Assembly: GCA_030141605.1 (NCBI GenBank)
Contig: JAQGDQ010000381.1
Span: 38,692 to 102,691 of the forward strand
Direction of reading: 5' to 3'
Origin: Tubiluchus corallicola
Lineage: Eukaryota; Animalia; Priapulida
DNA: 64,000 bases
The translations under genes and the position numbers were made by a program. Positions within the stretch are counted from its first letter, which is position 1. Each line of letters starts with the position of its first letter. Under the pieces are notes generated by a model. It was not told the DNA's origin and did not search any database. It was given only the letters and a program-made list of their open reading frames with translations. Positions 40,501-52,500 of this stretch are shown in pieces.

Positions 40501-43500
40501 TGCAGACAACTTGCACCAAACGGCATGGCAGCAATTCTACCCAATAAACTAGCATAAGTGTACTTATCAAACTTTTCAATTGTCTCTTTATCCACGATCA
40601 GCTTATAAATGTGTTCAACACAGTTCTCCATTAACCCAACTTCTAATACTTTGGTCATTCCTAATGGAGTGCTGGCTAACGCCAAAAAACATTGAAGCAG
40701 AGAGTTTGCCCATTCCTCTTTCCACAGATCAATGTCGGAGTTTTTCCCGTCATTGCGTAACTCTGGTGAAGTGGGCGTAGGCGTGGCGGCTTCCTCTATT
40801 TCTCGAGACACCGTTCGCCAAGCACTAGCGAGCAGGACGTGAATTTCGTACTCGTGTAGAATTGCACTGCCGTAAGATTTAGATACGATTGTCTGGTAAA
40901 CGTACAAGAATTCTTTGAGAACAGAGATCATGGAAGCTTCGTTTTCACCTAGCAAAATAAAGTGTAAATTTACTAATGTAAAACATGGACAGTTTACTTA
41001 AAGAAAGACAGGATGATTTTTCATATGCTACCCCAATTTTAAGTCTGGTAAAAAGTAGACATTTTAACGCAATTAATACTGCAAAAGCGTTTCTGATAAT
41101 TAAATAATAGATTGAAATCTTAATTAACGGTGGGCGAGCCCAACTATTGACGACATCGAAAACTGACTTAATTTTCAACAACAAAATATTCTACGAGCGT
41201 GTTGCACGTGTTTGTGAAAGTGAAAATTGAAGTACAGTCCTACTGTAAGATATTTATTGTATTGTAATAAAACTAAGCAAGTTTTAAAATAAAAACTCAA
41301 ATTTCAAATTTACTGCTGTGCTGACAAACATGTGTAGTATGCCATAAACTAACACATCGAAACTGAGAGGTACAGCACCTGTTTTTTCCAAAATGCAGGC
41401 GCTAGTGCCCGTCTAACTAACGAATAGCGAAATCCAGCGAAGCACTAGTGGCATGAATACAAAATTACTTTTGTGTGCTAATAAATCTTTCACCTAAATC
41501 ATTTTTGAAAAAGAATGTTAGTAACGGTTGCACCAAGAAAGTTTTGTCATTACATGAAAGAGATTTTCTCACAGAAATATCAGCAGCAGTCATACGAGCA
41601 TCGACAGCCCCTAATGTGCAATTTCTTTATTAGAAATGCAAGAAGAAAATTATTGACAAACCTGACATGATCTCAGTAATGAACTCCGCAAACACTCTCA
41701 CAGGTGGCGCCATGTTTATGACAGTCGCCGAACTATCGTCAGCCATGTTATGAGACGACACGTCGCTTTGTACGCTTTCCGAGACGGCGAAGCTTTTGAA
41801 AAACGCAGAACTTTTCCCACTTACGTCCGACTTGCTCTCTAACATGAATAGATCACTGCTGTCCCCTGGTGGTGAAGAAGTTCTTACTACGTCAGCAGCT
41901 GATACACTCATTTCAGTCGATGCGTTCACCGGTGTCGAACTTCCCTTTCCTATCAGCGCATTTCTCTCTGCGTTATCCTTAAGCGATCGCTTTCGAGTTT
42001 TTTGTGGAGTCTTTACTTTCGGTTTACTTCTGCTTTTTTTACCATGATCGACGTGAACACTTGTACTCTTCGCTTCAACGCTCTCGGTCAACGTAATTGA
42101 CGGTAAACCTCTATTTTCGTTGCCAGTCCCAACTCTTTTCGTCGCAACAGCGTCCCTGGCAGACGCTGCTTTTAATGCGTCGTCTGTTTCTGCGGCCGAA
42201 TGTTCGGATTTAAGTCGGCCGAGTGTTAAATTTTCGCCGCCGTATTCGCGTTGAGTTGTGACAGCGTTTCTACCATATAGCAGGTATCTTAAGCCGTGCT
42301 CTGTACGCGCTAATGCTTGTAGAATCTTTGCAATGTTCGTCAATGAATCTTCGTTGTAATGTGGAGATTTCTGTCAAAAACCGGTCAATTTGTTAAACAA
42401 AATAAAATGTGTCTAACAATAAAAGATTATGAAACAAATTTTAACTCCTTCAGAACCCTAAGTGTTTGCTGCATTTTGAAACGGGTTATTAAAAACTGCT
42501 CTCACTAAGCAGCGATTATATTATATTTGATAATTTTTGTAGGTTTCTACTCAAACAATTTTCATGCAAAGTTATTTATGAAATGCCTTTGCTTATCTTA
42601 GACAAATTAAAAATCGATTTTTGACAAAAAAATTGAAAAAAGCTTGCCGGAACTGAGGCATCTGCACTGTAATAATATTCAGCATCAGCTAATGCAGAAA
42701 ATTTCCACTATCCAGACACAACACTCTGATAAACTTTGGACTCAAGTCTACTCTATTTTTAAGGAAAAATTGCTGTTAAAAAATGAAACGACCTTAATTT
42801 GTCCTTGGCTGATCGGTTGGTTTCTCCTGGAACTTTGCACAGCAGACAATTCTCTTGGGCTGTAGCAAGCAGACGATCAATAAAATTGTGTGTACACCAG
42901 ACTAAGCTACTCAATAAGCTAAGTTGGAGTGCCTGAAAAGGGCGTGTTTTTCTTAATTTTATCCAATTAAATCACTTATAAATGCCTAAACAAATAGCAT
43001 GATTGGATAGCCGAGATTCTCCTGAATAGAACAGTACCTAATTTGTAATCATTTAGTTATGTCTGTGCTCATACAGTAGCAAAAAAATCAGAGGTCTTAT
43101 AAGAGTGGTCCTGAAGGAATTAAACATGAGGTGTCTGTCAGGACATTTTAATATTTTAATGCAGTTCTAAAATCTGTGCTTAAAATATAATTTTCTAGTA
43201 TGTAAGATGATCATCAGTGCCAACGTCATCATCATCATCATCATCAACATCACCTCAGTTGATTGTGTTTTACTGTCCAATTAAAAAGCAGTTGAACAGT
43301 CAAACTGAAAGAATAAAAATGTAAAAAACAAAGCAAGATAATTGTCATGAACAATACGGGATGACATCACCAACAATGGGCTGAAACAATGGGTTTGTGA
43401 AGAAAGATGGAGCCTCTTGTTACTCACAAATTAGTGGGTAGCACAAAACTAAAGAATGATAGCAACCCTTAAGATAAGTTCTGGGGTTTTTAAACGTTTA

Positions 43501-46500
43501 ACTGCTTCAGGACTGTAAGACTTTACTACATTTTGCATGGCTTCATCAAAACTGCTCTCACTAAGCAGGGATTATGTTATATTTCACAATTTTTATAGGT
43601 CTCTACACCCCACAGAAAGGATTTTCATGCTAAATTATATATGAAGTGCATTTTCTTACGTTAAAATTACATTACTTTATAGCAATTTTATGCTGTATAT
43701 GCTGTATACTCATATTGAAAAGAATTTTTGTTTGTTTTCATTTCAAATCTCCCGCAATATTGTACCAACCATGCCATTACATGACGTCATATATGCACAA
43801 CATAAATCAGGGGAAGAAAAGTCAATGTTAAACGATATATTACTTATATTACTAAATAAAAGTTGTATTATTTAGCATTTTGCTTACTTGCTAGAAAGAC
43901 TTACATAACTAGAAAAGAAAATTAATAATAATTTAAAATGGTTTCAATAAGGCTCACTCAAAGACGTAATTACATATTATGTTTTCCTTTCTCAACTTTC
44001 AGGTTTATTGCTCTTATACCATTGCTATTATTACATCATTTACTTCATCCTTATTTACATTAAGTTATCTACAGAAGCATGCATAACTATAATCATTTTT
44101 TCATTTAAATAAGGTGAATGTGACTGTATGGTCGTACACTCACCTCGCACTACTCAAATTATTACATCATTTACTTCATCCTTATTTACATTAAGTCATC
44201 TACAGAAGCATGCATAACTATAATCATTTTTTCATTTATGTAAGGTGAGTGTGTTAATGACCGTATGGTCGTACACTCACCTCGCACTACTCAAATTATT
44301 ACATCATTTACTTCATCCTTATTTACATTAAGTCATCTACAGAAGCATGCATAACTATAATCATTTTTTCATTTATGTAAGGTGAGTGTGTTAATGACCG
44401 TATGGTCGTACACTCACCTCGCACTACTCAAATTATTACATCATTTACTTCATCCTTACTAACATTAAATTATCTACAGAAAAATGCATAACTATAATCA
44501 TTTTGTCATTTAAGTAAGGTGAGTGTGTTAATGACCGTACGGTCGTACACTCACCTCGCACTACTCAAATTATTTTATTTAAAGTTTATTAATGTGTTTA
44601 ATATTGTATTTTTTGATGTGTGAAATAAAATTCATAGTTCATATTTCAGTAAACAGAAAAGAGTACCACGACAATACTTTACCTTATTATAAGAAAACAG
44701 TCGAAGTGGATTGATCAACGTATCCATGACGACGCTGTGTGTAAGATATGAGTAACCTCTCGGTTGTAATGCCAATTCTGACAGCAAACTTGCAGCTAAA
44801 GTATTTGGTGAATACATGCCTAAAAATGTAAAATTTAGCTAAGAGAGAAAACTCGAAATTTTTACTTCGGTTTTTTCTAAACGCAGTTTCTAATAACTCA
44901 AAAAAAGTTGCAGAATAAAAGTACGAATATCGTTCTTTGTCGGGTCTCGAACCTGCGGCTTTCGAATTACGGTGGTACATTTTTGTGTTCTTTTCTCAAT
45001 GAGGAACACCACTCAACTTCGACCAGCAGACAAAGTAGCGCGTACATTTAACAGTAAAGTGTAAATGTTGTAAAATCACCTGCTTGTGCTCTTGGCATTA
45101 CTGCCGTCGTAACAAGAGCCATTATAACTTCGGACATTTTTAACCCTTCGTTCTTCAACAGTTGACTGAGAAGGTTTCTTCCAGTAGAATATAGCAGGGT
45201 AGTCCCAACCATTTGCATTGAATATACAAAATGTATAAACTGTAGATGTGCATCTGAGTAGCAAGAAATTTCTGCTTCCAAATCACCTAAAAATGACAGT
45301 CACAGTTAATTATCGCTGTACATCCTTGTTTTCTTATTACTAAAGATTATTATTATCGACACGTTCAGACTAATGAGTTTTCTTTCTGACATGCAAGTGT
45401 GAACTGCTATGCAAAATTAATGTCGTCAAGATTTTGCAAACTCTCTAACAGTCAATGCGAATTGATTTACTGTCTTGTTTGAACACTTTGCCGAGTTACT
45501 GTGTAGTGTGAACACCTCGAAGAGTTACTGTCTAGTGAGTGTGAACGCCTCGACGAGTTACTGTCTAGTGAGTGTGAACGCCTCGACGAGTTACGTCTAG
45601 TGAGTGTGAATGCCTCGACGAGTTACTGTCTAGTGAGTGTGAACGCCTCGACGAGTTACGTCTAGTGAGTGTGAATGCCTCGAAGAGTTACGTCTAGTGA
45701 GTGTGAACGCCTCGACGAGTTACGTCTAGTGAGTGTGAACGCCTCGACGAGTTACGTCTAGTGAGTGTGAACGCCTCGAAGAATTACGTCTAGTGTGTGT
45801 GAACACCTCGACGAGTTACTGTCTAGTGAGTGTGAATGCCTCGACGAGTTACTGTCTAGTGAGTGTGAACACCTCAATGAGTTACTGTCTAGTAAGTGTA
45901 CAAGTTACTGTCTAGTGAGTGTGAACGCCTCGACGAGTTACTGTCTTGCGTGAACGCCTCGACGAGTGTGAACTCTTCGGCGAGTTACTGTCTAGTGTGA
46001 GCGCCTCGACGAGTTACTGTCTAGTGAGTGTGAACGCCTCGATGAGTTACTGTCTAGTGTGAACACCTCGATGAGTTACTGTCTAGTAAGTGTACGAGTT
46101 ACTGTCTAGTGAGTGTGAATGCCTCGACGAGTTACTGTCTAGTGTGAAATCCTCGACGAGTGCGAACTCTTCGGCGAGTTACTGTCTAGTGTGAGCGCCT
46201 CTTGACGAGTTACTGTCAACACTTCTCACAGTAAACAGAGTAACTGGTAGCAAGTTTTGCTCTCTAGTTTGAACACACTTGCGAGTTACTTAGTGAGAAA
46301 ACTTTCTAGTCTGACGGTGCCGTAAGTATTTTGAAGGATTTATTAATACTATCAGTGAAACAACAATCAACCTGGTTTTAAGGAATGCAGTGAGGTTGTC
46401 GACCAAGTTTTAAAAAAACAGAGTAGGAAAGAAAACTTCTGCTTAAGAAAAGGATGTACGGTGCTCAGATTGTTTCTGTAAATGCTTTTCCAGATGTGCA

Positions 46501-49500
46501 TTTTTAGCTGAGAATCCAATCCCTCCTCAACATAATACAAGCTTTATCAACCTAAAATCCTACACTCACTATGAAATATCAGGTATAACAGCTAAATGTG
46601 AGTAATAATATTGCCTTTAAAGTTTTGTGGTAAGCCTCGAAAGACGGAGAGTCGTTAAGCAAAGACTTACTGTTTATCGTTCCACAGAATGTGAGCTTAT
46701 AAAGAAATTATACAAGGACAGCATAGGAATGAGATTGAAAGACCATCGTCTAAATACGAGCACGAAACACTACAACTACACAACAGCTGAGCAACTTAAA
46801 CAAAAGCTTTACCTATCTCTGGAAGTCGAATGATGACGGCGCCGTCGTGCATACTTTCAAGTTTGGACACGTAGTTGAGTAAACCTCGAATGCAGCGGAT
46901 CAATATTATTGGATGCGACTTGACAGACTCCACCAGTACAGACGAACTGTATTCTGCATGCTGCAAGAAAAGATAAACGCTTCAAAAACACGAATAGCCA
47001 CCGACTTAGCAACAAGTTAAGCAACACTGAACCTCACGTGTAACTGGAAGAATCACTGAGAAATAACTGCGCCTGAGTGATTTTGCTTTGATTGGCTACT
47101 TCTTTCAGGAAGTGTAAGGGGAAAGCATAAACAAGTAGACACTGCTAAAGATACTACTTGAAAATGAAATAGGTACCAGTCTTGCCATAACCTCTTAACA
47201 TTAGTAGTGTATCCTGAGTAACAAGTGCTCGGTTCTGGCTTCAAATTTGACCAGTCAGCAACGTCACATGTATTTTAATCATGAACGTGTGCAAATGTAT
47301 CATGCACAAAAGAACATTTTTGAACACTTTATGCGGTAACACTTTGCAAAAAAACAGTGGTGGCTCCTGTACAGGTACTGTGGAACTACAGCACCCCCTA
47401 TTTTCACTCGATATTATTGATATTATTCAATATAACGAGTCTTCTTTCTTTAATTCTTTCTTTATACTCGTACAGAACCAGAGCACGTGACAGAACTGTT
47501 TGTTTCACAGTTCCAGTGACACGGTGTTGCTGTTGTGCGCATGTGACCATGAAGACGTGTCTGAGATAAGAAGCTGCGTGCTACGTAGAGAAAGCACTGT
47601 CGCTCACACAGTGACGACCCTGTTGTGCAAGTAGTGTTTGTTTTTGACTCAGTGTATGTTGTGCTTAAAACCGTGTATCGTATTCTTGAATGTGATAAAG
47701 TGTAGAATTAGATGATTATAAAGCTTCCAGCTATTCTATTTAATTCATAATTTTTTCGGTTCTTTAATTTTACGAAAATTTCTTTAAGAACATTTATGTT
47801 TAATCATGGCCTCCTTGCATTTAAGAGAAATAAGTTTTGTGACTGTAACTGAACTTCAACACTGTAATAAAACAATGGTAAACATTTTCTGAATAAGCAC
47901 CCCCTCTAATCTTACCTAGAGTCGCCATTACAGAAAAATTATATATTAATGTTCTCGCTGCACAGGTCGCACATTAGTAAGCATAAGATAACGTTACCAT
48001 TATTACTCTGACTGATTTCTGTTTGATACTCAAATGTGAAAGCACATTTATAAAACAGTGCAAGATCCACATTTGGTTGTTATTGGCTGGTTGGCATCCT
48101 TCTGTCTCGGAAGACAATATAGAGTGCGCCAAGAGAGTCAGTTATTGATCACATTGATGGAGCTGCAGCGTCGACTGTGGCTGAGCAGTGCGATCCTTGA
48201 ACGTCTCCAGGGCGCACGCCTGGGCAAGAGATCATGAGTTGGAGACCCATGGAGATCCTGAGTTGCCCAGACAACAGGTTGGCTGCAGGAGCTGCCGGAG
48301 TCAGTGAGCATGCTGCACTAATCCGTCTTCGAGGCTCCACTCCTGATTTGGAAGGTTTGCTCCTCTACACATGGCCGTTGGGTCACTTGACCTCCTCCGC
48401 CCTCTAGCCATTGGCTATTTGTGCAGCTCCTCCCCTAGTGTCGAGATACAGTGTGGGCATCCCGCAAGCCCACAGCACCTGGTATTCCTAGGTGGTCACC
48501 CATCCAAGTACTAACCAGGCTCTACATTGCTTAACTTCGGTGATCAGACGAGAACCGTGTTTTCAACGTGATTTGGCCGTAATCTGATCCACATTTAGTG
48601 CTACTTTAAATACACGTACTTACCATCCACAGCTTGTACCACGATGCAAGCGGATCTACCAGAGCCAAGAAATGCATAGGTGTAATGCAGCCTTTAGGAA
48701 CGGAGACAGACAAAAATGCACACAGTTTCTCAATATAATCGTACAGCAACCTAAACACAATGGAAAGATGTTGCTTTGTTATCATAAGCAGTTATAATGA
48801 TTGTAACAATTATCAAAATAAACAAAAACAGGTGTGCCATAAAAACTATTTTATGAATGGACGATTTTACGGTTACGATATTTAAACCAAAACGGGACCC
48901 AATCTTAAACTGCAGTTCAAAACAATCTACTCTTTAAAATAGTGAAATGAAACGTACTGTTTTTTCAAAAATGACATCACAGGACAATCGTAAAGCACAG
49001 GCATGTTATGTTTACACGACAATTAATTGCTAACACTCAAAATAACTCATTTATCACAGTCTCTTTCTTATATTCAAATCAAATCTAAACTGAGAGGTAC
49101 AGCACCTGTTTTTTGTACAATGCATTTCCAGAGCATTATGGAAATATTGTATATATAATTTAATGTGTCCCATAAAACTGGGATGTCGCACACTAACATA
49201 TCTGAAGGTCAAGAGATTAATAAGAAAACAGAAAAAAAGATTATCGCTGAACTAGTGATAGACGAGTAGAGAAATACAGTAGTGTTTACACAAGTAGCAA
49301 AAATCAGACTCGTGTACCCTATTCCTTACACCCGTTGGATCGTATCTTTGTTAGTGGCCTGAAATGGACTTTTAATGGTTAATAAACAATTTCATTTGGA
49401 TAATTAGTCTCTTGATAAAGAAATCATAATTTGTTTTTTGTAACTCACCCCTATGACAAAAATGGTTTGATCTGTTGGCTGTTGGCCAAACACACTGCCA

Positions 49501-52500
49501 AGGCAGCAGTTAATAATCTGCTACTAGCTACCTACTGTAGAAGTGCACAGCAGACGGTGGCATTCAAATTTAAAAATCTCCAACAATAGATATCATATTA
49601 CAAATAATGTCTGCATTTTCACTGTTGGATCCGGGAAGAAATGTTAGACTCAGGTAATAAACAATGCGGTAAACGATGGCAACAGTGAGCAGAAGTGTAA
49701 AAAATGAAGCCGTACCTTTCAGGATAGCGAAGCCAGTACGCTGGCAGTTGCTGCTGAAATGCGGAGAGAAGTCTGAAAGCTTGGAGGAAGTTCCTCTGCA
49801 GCTTCTTACTCGTGTCCACTCCGCGACGCATCGTCAGAGTCGAATGAGCATTCGCAGAGAAATGAGACGACAAAAACTGAACTAGATGTAATGCAAGTAT
49901 AAAAGCGTTAATTTGTTTAATTAAATATTATAAAAAAATACTTACTGTAATTATTATTCTCAGATTTAAAACTGCTTAATCCAATTATGTGGATTCACAA
50001 AAACATTTAATTAAAAAAAATAATGAAAACTGATTTTTTTTTTCAAATAACATTGATATCTTGTTTTCGGTCCATACAATAAAGTATGACAACTAAATTA
50101 GATAATTAATCAGTTAAATTGATTAATTAATTCAGGGGTGTGCAAATTATCTGACTAGCCGGGCCACATTAAACTTTCCCGCAATTCCTGCGGGCCACAG
50201 GCAGTTTGGTCAAGGAGCCAAGTACAGAAAGGCCTAATAACGATTTTTTTTTGCGTCCGACCTGCGTACATCATTACTACTACACTCAAGAAACTATTTT
50301 AGAAGTTATTAAAATTGATATTACAAACCATATATTTCTACTTTCAGGACAGATAGTGGTAATTTCATTACAATGCATATTAGTGTGTATCACACTGTCT
50401 GTGTAGTACAGTGACATTAAGCTACAACCGTCTTGTAAGGGTTAATGGCATCCGATCTAGTAGAAAAAACTACCCGCACTATCTTTGAGATCGTAGCACG
50501 GACTTCAGCTGGATACACTCAATTAATCGCCTGGGCCGCACTTTCATTAGGTCGACAAATATCTTCGCGGGCCGCACAAATTCTCTCGGCGAGCCGCAAT
50601 TTGCACACCCTTGAATTAGTTGATATGTAATATAGTCTATAATAGGTAATCGTTGCAGTGTAGTAACTAATACAACTAACACATTAGAATGGCTACATAT
50701 TGACTGACTAACTCCTTAAAGAAATGAGAAGATAAAAAAGTGTCGGTCATAAACCAGGGTTTGAACCTAAAGCCCCGTGTATAAGCCACATCTGCTCTGT
50801 CGTTGAGCTTCCAGGATCAACTGAAGAAGCTGGTTTGAATTAGCAATCACTGTAGCACAGTGGCGGCTCGTAGTTAAAATCAGGGGAGCCGCTGCTTCAG
50901 AAAATTTTTAATCATTGTTTTAATATTGTGTAAAACAAAACAAACATATAAAAAGAAAATTTAGTTATAAACAAACACTACCTTACACTTGCCTGCACAA
51001 CAGGGTCGAAACTGCGTGAGCTTTGTCAAATACATATGTATTAATTAGGGCCAAGTGTACTGCACTTTGTCAAATACACATGTATTAATTAGGGCCAAGT
51101 GTACTGCACTTTGTCAAATACATATGTATTAATTAGGGCCAAGTGTACTGCACTTTGTCAAATACACATGTATTAATTAGGGCCAAGTGTAGTGTACTTT
51201 GTCAAATACACATGTATTAATTAGGGCCAAGTGTACTGCACTTTGTCAAATACACATGTATTAATTAGGGCCAAGTGTAGTGTACTTTGTCAAATACACA
51301 TGTATTAATTAGGGCCGAGGTAGTGTACTTTGTCAAATACACATGTATTAATTAGGGCCGAGTGTAGTGTACTTTGTCAAATACACATGTATTAATTAGG
51401 GCCAAGTGTAGTGTACTTTGTCAAATACACATGTATTAATTAGGGCCAAGTGTACTGTACTTTGTCAAATACACATGTATTAATTAGGGCCAAGTGTACT
51501 GTACTTTGTCAAATACACATGTATTAATTAGGGCCAAGTGTAGTGTACTTTGTCAAATACACATGTATTAATTAGGGCCAAGTGTACTGTACTTTGTCAA
51601 ATACACATGTATTAATTAGGATCAAGTGTACTGTACTTTGTCAAATACACATGTATTAATTAGGGCCAAGTGTAGTGTACTTTGTCAAATACACATGCAT
51701 TAATTAGGGCCAAGTGTACTATACTTTGTCAAATACACATGTATTAATTAGGGCCAAGTGTACTGCACTTTGTCAAATACACATGTATTAATTAGGGCCA
51801 AGTGTAGTGTACTTTGTCAAATACACATGTATTAATTAGGGCCGAGTGTAGTGTACTTTGTCAAATACACATGTATTCTTTGTCAAATACACATGTATTA
51901 ATTAGGACCAAGTGTAGTGTACTTTGTCAAATACACATGTATTAATTAGGGCCAAGTGTACTGTACTTTGTCAAATACACATGTATTAATTAGGGCCAAG
52001 TGTAGTGTACTTTGTCAAATACACATGTATTAATTAGGGCCAAGTGTACTGTACTTTGTCAAATACACATGTATTAATTAGGATCAAGTGTACTGAACTT
52101 TGTCAAATACACATGCTTGCAATAGGCTGCTGGAGTCAACATTTATTAGGACCACTTACTGCTGGTCCTGTGATGCTTTTATTAAGTGAGAACTACTGCA
52201 AAAACAATTTTATTTATTGGCACAAAAAGCAATAAGAGTAACGAAATGCTAATAAGCCTTTTCACAGTTCCAGCGATTGATGATGATCGTGAAAAGGTCA
52301 AAGGTCAAATGTACCACAACAATGCATTTGTGTACACTTGAGAACGCCTCACAGCCCATGCTACTGTAATAGTAACCGTTGTAACAACTAAGCAGAACTT
52401 TACCTAGTTCATTTTTCTTGTTCCGAAGCAAGATCCTGCTAGTAAATCACTCTATGCATAGACTAATGCACGATTAAGTAAACTCCATGTTAAACAACTG

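Noticed and set aside
48466-48584. Functional 5S rRNA gene
   Set aside because: Single copy with no oligo-T terminator, fused to a repeat body and bounded by a TSD, so it is better explained as a SINE head.
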